Positions 1 through 10,638 of a stretch of DNA of 64,000 bases are shown in pieces. The notes under the pieces were generated by a model. The model saw only the letters and a program-made list of their open reading frames with translations, ran no database searches and was not told the origin of the DNA. The stretch's first letter is position 1. Each line of letters opens with the position of its first letter. Source of the DNA: Hyalangium minutum. GTDB taxonomy: Bacteria > Myxococcota > Myxococcia > Myxococcales > Myxococcaceae. The translations under genes were made by a program, and so were the position numbers. The stretch covers positions 372,001 through 436,000 of the forward strand of contig NZ_JMCB01000005.1 of NCBI RefSeq assembly GCF_000737315.1, given 5' to 3'.

Positions 1-2
1 TC

Positions 3-3000
3 GGCTTCCTGGAGCTGACCGTCGACGCCGACCTGGTGGCGCGGAAGATCGGGGAGCTGGCCGGGCGGCTCGCGGGCATCGAGGACCTGAAGCTCCACTT
101 CCGCCCCGGCTACGTGGAGGGCCAGGCCCGGTTGCAGGGCCCGGAGCGTACCCCCATCACCTTCAAGGTGGCCTTCGATGGGGATGGCGAGAAGCTCGCC
201 CTCTACATCTATGACGTGCGGCTGTATGGGTTCTCGCCCACGGCCTCGGTGCAGGTGCCCGGCATCATTGCCTCGGCCGTCTCGGCGCTGGGGCTGCTGC
301 CGGAGATGGAGGTGCAGGGCGCCACGGGCTTCACCACCCGCGTGCTGCCCGAGCTGTGCCGCCTGGCGTCGGTGACGCGCGGCTTCAAGATGCCCGAGCT
401 GGACAACGCGCGCCTGTCCGCCGCGGAGGTGTCCAGCAAGGGCCTGCGCCTGCGCTTTGCCTCCGGGGGGCTGCCGCCTCCCTCGGCCCCAGATGATGAG
501 CTGCTGATGACGCTGGAAGGCGCTCGGGCCTTCGCCGAGCCCGAGGCGCTCATTGCCCAGGGCCGGCTTGCCGATGCTCGCGAGGCCTATCTTCAGAGCG
601 GAGATGCGCAGGATGCGCACCCGTTCGCCGCCGAGCGGCTGCTGTCGCTGCTCGTCGCGGATCCTCAGGCGCACGATCTCGCGCTCGATGTGGCGGCTTC
701 CCTGCTGCGCCGCCGGGACAAGAGCCCTGCCGCCCTCTGGGGTGAGGCCGTGGTGCGTGAGCGCCGGGGCGAGGGAGCCCGTGCCGCCGAGCGCTATCTG
801 GCTCTGAGCGCCCTCTCGCGCCGCACCTCCGAGGAGGCTGCGGCCTTCTTCGCCGCCGAGGCCGCTGCCCGCTGCTCGCGCGACACCGCGCCCGCCGTGG
901 CGGTGAAGGCGCTCCATGAGCTGCTGGGCCTCCGGCCCGACCACCTGCCTTCGCTCAAAGCCCTGGCTCGCGCCTCGGACCAGGCGAAGGACCGGGCCGG
1001 CGCCGTGCGCGCTTATCGCCGCCTCGCCGCGCTGACGCGAGACCCGGCTGAGGCCGCGGATGCCCACGTCCACCTGGCCCAGCTGTGCGCCCAGACCGAG
1101 GACGATATCGCTGGTGCCCGGCTGCATTGCGAGGCCGCGCTGCGGCTCGCTCCGGACCAGCCGGATGCGCTGCTGTTGCTCGGCGAGCTGTGCCACCGCG
1201 ACGGCGAGCACCTGCGCGCCCTCAAGGCGCTGGACCGGCTGCGCGAGGTGGCCCTGGCCCGCCATGAGCTCGACCGCGTGGGGCAGGCCAACCTGCTCGC
1301 GGGCCGGGTGTGGGAAGAGGGCCTCAAGCAGCTCGACAACGCGCTGCTGCGCTACCGCGAGGCCGTCACGCTGATGCCCGGCTCTCCCGAGCCGCTCTTC
1401 GCCGCCGGCCGTGTGGCCGAGGGCCTGGGCAAGGTGCAGGAAGCGCTCGCGGATTATCAGCAGGCCCTGGAGCTGGCGGGCCCCGCGCCGCGCTCGGAGT
1501 CCGTGCGCAAGGCCGCGCATTCCAGCCACCACGCCATGGCGCGGCTGGCTCGCACGAAGCTGGGAGACCCGGCGCGCGCCCGCGACCACCTGGAGGCCGC
1601 ACTCGCTCTCGAGCCGCGCGACTTGACCGCTCTCGAGGAGCTGATTCCGTACTTCCGTGCCACCGGCCGTGCGCTGGAGCTGGCGGAGGCACTGGAGAAG
1701 GCCGCCGCTGTCTACGAGGAGCCCGTCAAGCGCGCCAACCTGTGGGCCGAGGCCGGTGAGCTGTATCGCGGACGGCTCCAGCAGCCCGAAAAGGCCGAGC
1801 GCCTCCTTCTCTCCGCCATCGAGGCGGACCCTGACAACAAGCCCGCCCTGGAGGCCATGCTCGCCCTGGCCGAGGCCCGGCGTGATGGCGGCCTGCTCAC
1901 CCGCTGCCTCTCCGCGCTCGCGCGCCTGACGCCCGAGCCCAAGGAGCGCGCCCAGAAGTACCGCCGCCTCGCGGTGGCCGCGCGCGATCTCACCTTTGAT
2001 CTGGAGCTCGCCGTCCAGGCGCTGCAGGAGGTGCTCAAGGCCGAGCCGGGTGATCTGCCCTCGCTGGGTGAGCTGTGCACCCTCCAGCGCAAGCGCTCGG
2101 ACATGGCCGGGCTGGCCTTCGCGCTGGAAGAGCGCGCGCGCGTCGCCGAGGCCCAGGGTGACAAGCGGCTCGCGTCCTCGGCGCTCCGGGAGCTGGCGGG
2201 AGTGCTGGAGGCGCGGCTTGGCCGCATCGGTGAGGCGCTCGTGGCGATGGAGAAGGCCGCGCGCCTCGCGCCCGATCCCGCCGTGCTGCTGGACCTCGCG
2301 GACCTCTCGCTGCGCTGCGAGCGGCCGGAGCACGCTCGCGCCGCGCTGGAGACGCTGCTGGCCTCGCTGCCTCGCACCGCCGCTCCCGAGCGGCTCGCCG
2401 ACATCCGTGCCCGCTTGGGCCGTGCGTGCGAGCTGCTGGGAGACCGCGAGGGCGCCATCGCCGCGTACGCACAGGCTTTCCCGCTGCGCCGCCTGGACGA
2501 TGCGCTCGCCGCCCGGTTGGAGGCCCTCTATACGGAGGTCGGCGAGACCCGCGAGCTGGCAGAGCTGTGGGGCACCCGCGCCCAGGCGCTCGTCGCCGCG
2601 GAGCGCACCGTGGAGGCCGCGCCCCTCTTCCTCAAGAGCGCTCGTTTGCTGCTGGTGCGCGGCGAGAAGCCCGGCGCCCTGCTGCGCCTGTCCGCCGCGA
2701 TCGAGGCCGATCCTCAGGGCCCCATGGCGGGCGAGGTGCTGGACCTGCTGGCCGAGCTTGAACTGGAGCGCGGCGAGAAGCTGGAGGCCGCGAAGCTCTA
2801 TGCGCGCAAGGCCGCCCTGCTCGCCGACATCCGCGCGGGCGCCAAGTTGCTCTACCGCGCGTCGCTCCTGTCCGCGGGCACCACGCGCGAGGAGGCCTTC
2901 CTCGCCGAATCCCTCGAGAAGGACGCCACCTTCGCCCCCGCCCGCATGCGCCGGGGCGAGCTGCGCCTGCCCACGGATCCTCGCGGGGCCCTGGAGGACC

Positions 3001-6000
3001 TCGAGGCCGTCCTGTCCCTGCCTCCCACGGATCCGGACAGCCCTCGCGAGCAAGAGCTGCTCTCGCTGACCCGGAAGGCCGCGACTGCTGCGGTGCGCTC
3101 GGGTCGCACGGACTCCGCGCGCCGCCTGCTGGCGCAGTACTGCAGCCAGGCTCCGGCGGACCTCGATGCTCAGCTGGAGCTGGCGGTGCTGCACCGGAAG
3201 GTCGGCGCAAAAGAGGCACTGGCGGATCTGCTGACCACGCTGTGGCCCCGTCTCTCCGGAGAGGCCCAGCGCAATGCCCGCCGCGAGCTGGCGGAGCTGG
3301 CCCTGGCCCTGGGCCGTCCCAACGAGGCCATCTCCGCCCTGCGAGCACTGCTCGTCGAGGAGCCGAGAGACTTGTGGGCCGCGCAGTCCCTCCTGTCGCT
3401 GCTCCCGCCGCCGGGCGCGGGCACCGAGGAGCAGGAGGCCGAGCGGCTCACCCTGCTCAGCACCCAGATCTCCGCCGCCGAGGGCGAGGACCGCGCCGAG
3501 CTGCTGGCCCGCCGTGCCGCGCTCCACCGCTCCGCGGGCCGCGTCATCGCCGCACGGGATGACTACTCCGAGGCCGCCCGCCTCGCCCGTCGTCCCGCGC
3601 CGCTGCTGATCTCCCTGGCCGAGCTGGCCCGTGAGGCTGGCGACGAGTCCGCCGAGCTGGCCGCGTGGCGCAAGGCCGTGGCCTCCGAGTCGAGCCTGGG
3701 CGAGCGCGCGCGGGAGCGTCTGCTCGCGATCGCCGCCTCGCTCATGGAGAAGGATGCGCGCGCCGAGGCGCGGGAGGCGCTGCGGGCCGCCGTCGCGCTG
3801 GAGCTCCCTGCCACCGAGCGCTGTGAGGCCTTCTTCTCCCTGGCCCTGCTCGCCCGCCGGGATGGGCAACCGGACGCCGAGGCCGAGGCGCTCGCGGAGG
3901 CCGCGCGCCAGGGCCCTGTGTCTCGCCGCGTGGAGGCGCTGCTCGCCCGCGCTGCCCTGCTGGAGCAGCACCAGAAGCGCGCCGAGGCCGCGCAGAGCCT
4001 GCACGAGTCGCTCACCCTGGCACCCCGTCACCCGGGCGCCACCGCCGCGCTGCAGCGCGTGCTCCGCGAGCTGGAGGACTGGGCGGGCCTGGCCGCGCTC
4101 CTTGCCTCCGAGGCGCCTCATGCGCCCGCCGCGACCGCTGCCTCGCTGTACTCCGAGCTCGCGGGGCTGTACCTCGATCGGCTGAACCAGCCCGGCCCCG
4201 CCGAGGCCTCGCTGCGTGAGGCCCTGCGCCTTGCTCCGGATGACGCGAAGGTGCGCCGCCGGCTCGTCTCGCTCATCGTCGAGAACGGCGAGCTGCTGGA
4301 GGCCGCCTCGCTGCTGGAGGCCGCCGCCGAGAACGCCGAGCCCGAGGAGGCCGCTGCCTTTCTGCGCGAGGGTGCTGCCCATGCCCGCGCCGCCTCCGAG
4401 CCCGAGCGCGCCTTGCGGATGGTCCGCCGTGCCCACACGCTTCTGTCTGCGGACGGCGCGGATCTGGAGGTGCTCACCGAGCTCCTCTTCCTGCACGGTG
4501 ATGTGAAGGAGGCCCTGCCGCTCCAGGAACGGCTCGCGTCCTCCGTGGACTTCGCGAAGGCTCCGGAGCAGGCGGAGGCCGCGTTCCGCCGTCTGGGTGA
4601 GCTGGCCGAGCGCGCGGGAGACACGAAGCGCGCGGTGAGGGCATGGCGCCGGCTGACCGAGCAGAGCCCTCGGGACGAGCTGGCCGTCCAGCGGCTCGCC
4701 GCGCTCCTCGAGAAGCAGGATCCCCGGAGCGCGTTCGAGGTGCTCGTTACCCACGCGCGGTCGCTGCCTCCCTCGCAGGATGCGGTGGAGCGGCTCGTGG
4801 CGCTGTCGGAGCGGGCCCGCGCCTCGCTGGCGGATGTGGACGTGGCCGCCTCGCTGCTGGCCCGTGCGGCGGAGATCTCCGCCCAGCCGCTGCCGCTGCG
4901 CCAGAAGCTCGCCGCGCTTTACCGGGAGCAGGGCCGCACCCAGGAGCTGCTCGCGGAGCTGCGCCGGATCGCCGCGCTCAGTGTTCAGCTTGAGGAGCTG
5001 GACGCGGCCGTCACGGCCTACAGTGAGGAGGCCCGGCTCGCCGAGGACGTGGGCCGGATCGATGAGGCCCTCGAGGCGCTTAGCGAGCTGAGGGACTTGC
5101 TGGAGTCCCAGGAGAAGCCCGCCGCTGCTGCCGCGCACGAGCGCCGCCGCGCCGAGCTGCTGCGGGATGTGAAGCTGGACCTCCCTGCGGCTGAGGAGTC
5201 CCTGGAGCGCTCGTTCCGGCTCAACGCGGACCTCGAGACGACGCAGATGGGCGAGTCGCTCGCGGCCCGCCGCGAGGATGCGGCCACGCAGGCGCGCTGG
5301 CTGGAGCGCATGCTGCCGCTGCAGGCCGGAGCGCACGAGCAGGGTGGGGTGCTCCTGCGGCTGGCGCGGCTCTACCTGGGCGTCCTGGCGGACTCGGCCA
5401 AGGCGGAGGACTTCCTCCGGGACGCGCTGCGCCGCGACCGCTCCCTGGCCGAGGCCCAGAAGCGCCTGGAGGAGCTGCTGGAGCACGACGGGCGCATGGC
5501 CGAACTGGCCGCCTGGTACGAGGACTCCGCCGCGCAGGAGTCGGACACGGGACGCCGTGCGCTGCTGCTGCGCCGCGCCGCCACGCTCTACCGGGATCGC
5601 GCGGGCCGTCCCGAGGCCGCTGCCGCCGCGCTGCTCGCCGCGCGTGCCGCTGAGCCGGATGATCTGGAGCTCACCGCTCAGGCCTCCGACCTGCTCCACG
5701 AGGTGGGCCGCAGCGAGGACGCGGCGGAGTTCGACGCGCTCCTGCTGGAAGCCGATCCGTTCCGCGAGCCTGTCTTCACCCGCCACCGGGACTTCCTGGT
5801 CGAGACGGCGGACCCCCAGTCGCTCGCGGCGCTGATGCTGCGCCGGGCAGAGCGTCAGCAGCCCGCGGAGGCTGCCGAGAGCTACCTCATTGCCGCCCAG
5901 GCGTTCCGCGACGCGGGCGCCCGGGAGCGCGCGCTCCTGTGCGAGGACCGGGCCTTCGAGCTGGCTCCCTCCAACACCCAGGCCTTCGAGCTGCTGCGTG

Positions 6001-9000
6001 AGCGGATGTCCGGAGACGTGCGCCGCTTGGCGGAGCTGCTGGCCCAGCGCGCTGCCGCCGTGTCTTCCGAGCAGGCGCTGCCGCTGCTGCGCGAGCGTGC
6101 CAACCGCCTGCTGCAGGCCGGTGAGTCGCTCCTGGCCGCCGAGGCCTTCGATGCGTACCTGGCCCAGGCCGGTGAGGACGTGGAGGCTCTGTCCGCGCGC
6201 GCCGAGCTGGCGGCTCAGGGCGGTGGTCCGATCGCGGCCCAGCCTTACGATCGGCGGTTGCTGGCCGTAGAGGCCTCGCTGCCCGTGCCCCTGCGCGCGC
6301 AGACCTGGCTTCGGCTGGGGCATGCCTCGCTCGCCTCGGGCGCGTACCGGGACGCGGCGGATGCCTACGAGGCCGTGGTCTCGCTGGACCCCGAGGGCGA
6401 GCGCGGCAGGGAGGCGCTGTCGCTGCTGACGGAGGCGTACTCGCGCACGGGCGACACCGAGGGCCTCTATCGCACGTCGCTCCTGCTCGCGCGCAAGGCC
6501 GAGGGGCCGACGGCCGAGGTCCTCTACCGCCGTGCCGCGGACCTCTTCGATGATCCGAAGGCGGCCATCGACGCGCTGCTGCCGCTGACGCGCATTCGCC
6601 CGGCGGACTCCACCCTCATCGATCGCGCGGTGGAAGGCCTGCGTGCCCTGGGCCGTCACTCGGAGCTGCTCGACGTCTACGAGGCCGGTGCCACGGCGGC
6701 GGGAGGCTCTCGCGCCGCGGAGCTGCTGCTGGCCGCCGCGAACGTGGCCGACACCGAGCTGTCCGAGCCCGAGCGCGCCTGGACGCTGCTGCTGCGGGCC
6801 GCGGAGGCAGACCCCTCGAACGAGGCGGCGCTGCGCAAGCTCGTGGAGGGCCTGCGCCAGCGCGGTGACAACGCGCGCCTGCTGGAGGCCCTGCAGCGGC
6901 TGGTCGAGAAGACGAAGGACTCGGACGAGGCCTCGCTGATGAGGCTGGAGATCGCCTCGCTTGCTCGCGCTGCCGGTCAGGACGAGCTCGCCCGCGACAT
7001 GCTGGAGGCGGTGGTGGAGCGGGGCGCCTCGGGCTCTGGCTATGGCGACGCGCTCGAGGGGCTGGAGCCGCTGCTGGAGGACATGCCCTCCCGCCGCGCA
7101 GAGGTCCGTGCGGCCCGGGCCGAGCTCGCCGAGGGCGCGGCTCAGGCGGAGCTGCTCGTCCTGGCGGCGACGGACTTCGAGACCGCGGGCCGGATTCCTG
7201 ATGCGGTGAAGGCGGCGAAGGCTGCCGCGGCCCTCGCGCCCGAGGTGCCCACCCTGCGGTTGCTGGCGCAGCTGTACCGCACCTCGGGAGAGACTCCGCG
7301 CGCGGCCAAGGCCCTGCTGCTGGCGGTTCGTGCCGCCACGGCCGAGGAGAAGCCCCAGTTGCTGCTGGAGGCCGCCGAGCTCTGGGAGCAGGCCGGAGAG
7401 AAGGCCGAGGCCCTGGAGGTCACCGAGCGCATTGCCTCCGAGACACCGGGGGCGCAGACGCCCGCCGAGCTGGCCGAGCGCTTCCTGCGGCTCGGGGCTC
7501 CGGCCCGGGCGGTCGCCGTGGGCTTCGGGCCCGCGATGAAGGCGGGAGAGTCCGCGCAAGCTCTGGCCCTGGCGGACAAGGCAGGGGACTCGGCGCGCGT
7601 GCGCGAGGCGCTCTGGGCGCTCGTGGCGGCGCCAGAGGTGGCTGCCTCGCACGTGGACAGACTCGTGGAGGCGTTGCGCGCCGAGGACGAGCGCGAAGGG
7701 CTGCTGCGGCTGGCGGACCTCCGCGCCGAGCGCGACGACGAGCTCGCGGTCACGCTGCGAGGAGAGGTGCTCGATGCGGAGCAGGCACCTGTGGAACTGC
7801 GCCTGAGCGCTTTCGACGCGCTGGCCTCGGGCCCGGACTTCGACACCCGGCTCACGAGTCTGCTGCCAGGAATCGGCAAGCTGCCGGAGAAGCTCTCCGA
7901 GGCGGTGCTCGTCCGAGTCCGGGTGCTGCCCACCGAGGAGAAGCTCGAGGCGCTGGGCGCCGTGGCGGAGGGCTGGCCGGAGCGCCGTGCGGCCTTCCTG
8001 CGCGAGCGCCTCCAGTTGGAGCGTGTCGAAAACCGCAACGAGGATGCCGAGCACACCCTGTCCCAGCTTGTCGAGGGCGAGACGGACACTTCGGCGCGCG
8101 TGGCCCTGCGGCTGGAGCTGGGCGAACTGCTGCTGACGAACGCCCGGAAGGCGCGGGCGCGGGACATCTTCGAGCGCACCCTGGCGGAGGACGCCACGTG
8201 CCTGCCGGCGGTGAAGCACCTGCTGGCGCTCTACAACGAGAAGGATGACGCCGAGGCCTTCGTTCAGCTGGCCGGGCGCCTGGAGTCCCTGGCGGGCGCC
8301 GAGGCGGTGGAGCCCTACCGCGAGCGCATGGCAGATGCCTACGAGGCACTCCAGCGGCCGGGAGACGCGGCGGCCCAGCTCGTGCTGTTGCCCGAGACGC
8401 CCGAGCGGCTCCAGCGGCGCGTGCGGCTGGCGGTGGATCGCGGCCTCACGGGCGAGGCGCTGCAGCTGCGCGAGCGGCTGACGGAAGAGCCCTCGGTGCT
8501 GGAGTCCATCCTCCGGGGTTACCTGGACGCGCAGCTCATCCCGTTCGCGGTGAAGCTGGCCGAGCGGCTCCTGTCGCGGGAGGCCCTCTCGCTCGAGGCC
8601 ACGCGCCTGGTGGCCGAGCGGCTCGCTCCCTCGCACGAGGGCGCCAGTCTGGCCGTGCGCCTGTGGCCGGGGCTGCTGAAGGAAAAGACCATCGATATCG
8701 ATGGGTGGACGCTGTACGCGGAGGCCCTGCGTCAGCTTGGCCGGAACGAGGCCGCCGAGCGCGTGGATGGCATCGCCGCGGCGCTGTCCGCCAGCGAGTC
8801 GCCTGCTCCCTCGGCGCACGTCATGCCGTTGCCCCCGCCGGGTACCTTCCGCCACCCCACGCCCTCGGGCGCGGTGCCTGTGACGGAGGAGACGCTGCCC
8901 CGGCTGTACGCAGCGCTCCGGCCCACGCTGAAGAAGCTGGGCGCGGGCAACCCGCAGCTGCTGCTGGATCCTTCGGGAGGGGTGGAGGCGTACCTCGCCA

Positions 9001-9317
9001 GCCCGGACGAGCTGGTGCTGGGAGCAGGGGCTCTGGGGTGCTTCGGCCCGGTGGAGCTGAGCTACCTTTGCGCGCTGGCGCTGAGCTTCGGCGAGAAGGG
9101 CATTGCGCTCGTGAAGCCGGGCTCGGCCGAGGGTCTGGAGCAGGCGGCGGTGGAGGCCTTCCGCGCGGTGCCAGCCTCGCTGGCCGCGGGGCGGGTGCTG
9201 GCGCGGCTGGACCCGGACATGCGCGGCGGAGACCCGAGCGACGTGGACGAGGGGGCGGTGCTGTCCGCCAACCCGGCCTTCCGCGCGGTGGCCCTCACGG
9301 TGCTCGAGCTCGTGTAG
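3..9317 (+). CDS. Giant TPR/alpha-solenoid protein (>3100 aa), 5'-truncated by the window edge
   Basis: The frame is open from position 3 (GFLELTVDADLVARK...) to TAG at 9317. It contains many TPR-like helical hairpins (e.g. A..YQQALEL.., A..AYAQAFPL.., ..HLEAALALEPRD). There is a beta-rich N-terminal region and a degenerate M48-peptidase-like C-terminal region. Confidence 0.85.
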   Translation, partial: GFLELTVDADLVARKIGELAGRLAGIEDLKLHFRPGYVEGQARLQGPERTPITFKVAFDGDGEKLALYIYDVRLYGFSPTASVQVPGIIASAVSALGLLPEMEVQGATGFTTRVLPELCRLASVTRGFKMPELDNARLSAAEVSSKGLRLRFASGGLPPPSAPDDELLMTLEGARAFAEPEALIAQGRLADAREAYLQSGDAQDAHPFAAERLLSLLVADPQAHDLALDVAASLLRRRDKSPAALWGEAVVRERRGEGARAAERYLALSALSRRTSEEAAAFFAAEAAARCSRDTAPAVAVKALHELLGLRPDHLPSLKALARASDQAKDRAGAVRAYRRLAALTRDPAEAADAHVHLAQLCAQTEDDIAGARLHCEAALRLAPDQPDALLLLGELCHRDGEHLRALKALDRLREVALARHELDRVGQANLLAGRVWEEGLKQLDNALLRYREAVTLMPGSPEPLFAAGRVAEGLGKVQEALADYQQALELAGPAPRSESVRKAAHSSHHAMARLARTKLGDPARARDHLEAALALEPRDLTALEELIPYFRATGRALELAEALEKAAAVYEEPVKRANLWAEAGELYRGRLQQPEKAERLLLSAIEADPDNKPALEAMLALAEARRDGGLLTRCLSALARLTPEPKERAQKYRRLAVAARDLTFDLELAVQALQEVLKAEPGDLPSLGELCTLQRKRSDMAGLAFALEERARVAEAQGDKRLASSALRELAGVLEARLGRIGEALVAMEKAARLAPDPAVLLDLADLSLRCERPEHARAALETLLASLPRTAAPERLADIRARLGRACELLGDREGAIAAYAQAFPLRRLDDALAARLEALYTEVGETRELAELWGTRAQALVAAERTVEAAPLFLKSARLLLVRGEKPGALLRLSAAIEADPQGPMAGEVLDLLAELELERGEKLEAAKLYARKAALLADIRAGAKLLYRASLLSAGTTREEAFLAESLEKDATFAPARMRRGELRLPTDPRGALEDLEAVLSLPPTDPDSPREQELLSLTRKAATAAVRSGRTDSARRLLAQYCSQAPADLDAQLELAVLHRKVGAKEALADLLTTLWPRLSGEAQRNARRELAELALALGRPNEAISALRALLVEEPRDLWAAQSLLSLLPPPGAGTEEQEAERLTLLSTQISAAEGEDRAELLARRAALHRSAGRVIAARDDYSEAARLARRPAPLLISLAELAREAGDESAELAAWRKAVASESSLGERARERLLAIAASLMEKDARAEAREALRAAVALELPATERCEAFFSLALLARRDGQPDAEAEALAEAARQGPVSRRVEALLARAALLEQHQKRAEAAQSLHESLTLAPRHPGATAALQRVLRELEDWAGLAALLASEAPHAPAATAASLYSELAGLYLDRLNQPGPAEASLREALRLAPDDAKVRRRLVSLIVENGELLEAASLLEAAAENAEPEEAAAFLREGAAHARAASEPERALRMVRRAHTLLSADGADLEVLTELLFLHGDVKEALPLQERLASSVDFAKAPEQAEAAFRRLGELAERAGDTKRAVRAWRRLTEQSPRDELAVQRLAALLEKQDPRSAFEVLVTHARSLPPSQDAVERLVALSERARASLADVDVAASLLARAAEISAQPLPLRQKLAALYREQGRTQELLAELRRIAALSVQLEELDAAVTAYSEEARLAEDVGRIDEALEALSELRDLLESQEKPAAAAAHERRRAELLRDVKLDLPAAEESLERSFRLNADLETTQMGESLAARREDAATQARWLERMLPLQAGAHEQGGVLLRLARLYLGVLADSAKAEDFLRDALRRDRSLAEAQKRLEELLEHDGRMAELAAWYEDSAAQESDTGRRALLLRRAATLYRDRAGRPEAAAAALLAARAAEPDDLELTAQASDLLHEVGRSEDAAEFDALLLEADPFREPVFTRHRDFLVETADPQSLAALMLRRAERQQPAEAAESYLIAAQAFRDAGARERALLCEDRAFELAPSNTQAFELLRERMSGDVRRLAELLAQRAAAVSSEQALPLLRERANRLLQAGESLLAAEAFDAYLAQAGEDVEALSARAELAAQGGGPIAAQPYDRRLLAVEASLPVPLRAQTWLRLGHASLASGAYRDAADAYEAVVSLDPEGERGREALSLLTEAYSRTGDTEGLYRTSLLLARKAEGPTAEVLYRRAADLFDDPKAAIDALLPLTRIRPADSTLIDRAVEGLRALGRHSELLDVYEAGATAAGGSRAAELLLAAANVADTELSEPERAWTLLLRAAEADPSNEAALRKLVEGLRQRGDNARLLEALQRLVEKTKDSDEASLMRLEIASLARAAGQDELARDMLEAVVERGASGSGYGDALEGLEPLLEDMPSRRAEVRAARAELAEGAAQAELLVLAATDFETAGRIPDAVKAAKAAAALAPEVPTLRLLAQLYRTSGETPRAAKALLLAVRAATAEEKPQLLLEAAELWEQAGEKAEALEVTERIASETPGAQTPAELAERFLRLGAPARAVAVGFGPAMKAGESAQALALADKAGDSARVREALWALVAAPEVAASHVDRLVEALRAEDEREGLLRLADLRAERDDELAVTLRGEVLDAEQAPVELRLSAFDALASGPDFDTRLTSLLPGIGKLPEKLSEAVLVRVRVLPTEEKLEALGAVAEGWPERRAAFLRERLQLERVENRNEDAEHTLSQLVEGETDTSARVALRLELGELLLTNARKARARDIFERTLAEDATCLPAVKHLLALYNEKDDAEAFVQLAGRLESLAGAEAVEPYRERMADAYEALQRPGDAAAQLVLLPETPERLQRRVRLAVDRGLTGEALQLRERLTEEPSVLESILRGYLDAQLIPFAVKLAERLLSREALSLEATRLVAERLAPSHEGASLAVRLWPGLLKEKTIDIDGWTLYAEALRQLGRNEAAERVDGIAAALSASESPAPSAHVMPLPPPGTFRHPTPSGAVPVTEETLPRLYAALRPTLKKLGAGNPQLLLDPSGGVEAYLASPDELVLGAGALGCFGPVELSYLCALALSFGEKGIALVKPGSAEGLEQAAVEAFRAVPASLAAGRVLARLDPDMRGGDPSDVDEGAVLSANPAFRAVALTVLELV

Positions 9318-9330
9318 GCTGCGCGCTCGC

Positions 9331-9945
9331 ATGCACCTCCGACGACTTGTCCTCGCATCCTCCCCGGTCCTGGCGCTGGTGGCCGTGGCCTGCTTCTCCG
9401 ACCCGGTGTACCCCGGCGATCAAGTGCTGGGGACGTTCCGGTTCGATGCCACGATTGACCGCAATCGCACCACGTGCACGGGGCAGCCGGGCGAGCCCGT
9501 GAACCTCGGTGACGGAGGCTTCATTCGTTTCGAGGGCACGTACTCGCGCGAGCTGGACGGCGGCAAGGGCTTCTTCACGGTGCAGGGCTTCTCGCGCTCG
9601 GCGCAGTACGAGGGCCAGCGGGTGGTGTCCACGCACGAGGTGGCGGCGGCCTTCCAGAACTGCGGCTCGGGCTGCTCGGGCTCGAAGGTGGCGGAGACGC
9701 TGGACACGGTCCTCCTGAGCAACAGCCAGGACGAGCTGGTGGGCCGCAGGTGCTCGGGGCTGCAGGCGGACGGAGGCGTGCCAGAGGACGGAGGCGCTCA
9801 GCCGCCGGGCCCCACGCCCAACGGATATGACGCGCAGCGCGCGTGCGGGACCTTGACGGATGACTTCATCCCCGGCACGAGCAACTGCACGTGCACCAAG
9901 CCCTGCAAGGCTGTGTACACGGTGGAAGGCATCAAGGTGAACTGA
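9331..9945 (+). CDS. Cys-rich hypothetical lipoprotein
   Basis: Signal peptide with lipobox AVAC. It has many Cys, consistent with disulfides. The stop overlaps the queC start (TGATG). Confidence 0.75.
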   Translation: MHLRRLVLASSPVLALVAVACFSDPVYPGDQVLGTFRFDATIDRNRTTCTGQPGEPVNLGDGGFIRFEGTYSRELDGGKGFFTVQGFSRSAQYEGQRVVSTHEVAAAFQNCGSGCSGSKVAETLDTVLLSNSQDELVGRRCSGLQADGGVPEDGGAQPPGPTPNGYDAQRACGTLTDDFIPGTSNCTCTKPCKAVYTVEGIKVN

Positions 9946-10637
9946 TGAAGAAGGCTGTGGTGTTGTTGTCGGGAGGGTTGGACTCCACCACCTGTCTGGC
10001 GATGGCGAAGGCGGCGGGCTTCGAGCCGGTCTGCCTCGGCATTGCGTACGGACAGCGCCACGCGGTGGAGCTGGAGCGGGCGCGCAAGGTGGTCGCCAGC
10101 ATGGGCGTGAGGGACTTCCGCGTGGTGAACATCGACCTGCGCAGCGTGGGCGGCTCGGCACTGACGGCGGACATCCCGGTGCCCAAGGACCGGCCCGAGA
10201 AGGAGATGTCGCACGGCATCCCGGTGACGTACGTGCCGGCGCGCAACACGCTCTTCCTCTCGCTGGCGCTGGGGCTCGCGGAGGTGGTGGGGGCGCAGGA
10301 TCTCTACATTGGCGTGAATGCGGTGGACTACAGCGGTTACCCGGACTGCCGGCCGGAGTTCATCCGGGCCTTCGAGACGCTGGCGAACCTGGCGACGAAG
10401 GCGGGCGTGGAGGGTGCGCGCTTCCACATCCACGCGCCGCTGTCGGGGATGACGAAGGCGGAGATCATCCACGAGGGCGTTCGGCTGGGCGTAGACTACG
10501 GGATGACACACTCGTGCTACGACCCGGACACCCAGGGCCGCGCTTGTGGGCGCTGCGACAGCTGCCTGCTGCGCAAGAAGGGCTTCGAGGACGCGGGAGT
10601 CCCGGATCCAACTGCGTACACGACGGAGGGGAAGTGA
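9945..10637 (+). CDS. queC: 7-cyano-7-deazaguanine synthase QueC
   Basis: Motifs [25 protein letters not shown] and the C-terminal Zn site CY...CGRCDSC..R. ATG at 9945. Confidence 0.95.
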   Translation: MKKAVVLLSGGLDSTTCLAMAKAAGFEPVCLGIAYGQRHAVELERARKVVASMGVRDFRVVNIDLRSVGGSALTADIPVPKDRPEKEMSHGIPVTYVPARNTLFLSLALGLAEVVGAQDLYIGVNAVDYSGYPDCRPEFIRAFETLANLATKAGVEGARFHIHAPLSGMTKAEIIHEGVRLGVDYGMTHSCYDPDTQGRACGRCDSCLLRKKGFEDAGVPDPTAYTTEGK

Positions 10638-10638
10638 C

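Noticed and set aside
9945-10637. QueC as part of a defence system (Qat, type IV CBASS, Dpd)
   Set aside because: It has canonical length and all housekeeping QueC motifs, and no defence partner genes are nearby.
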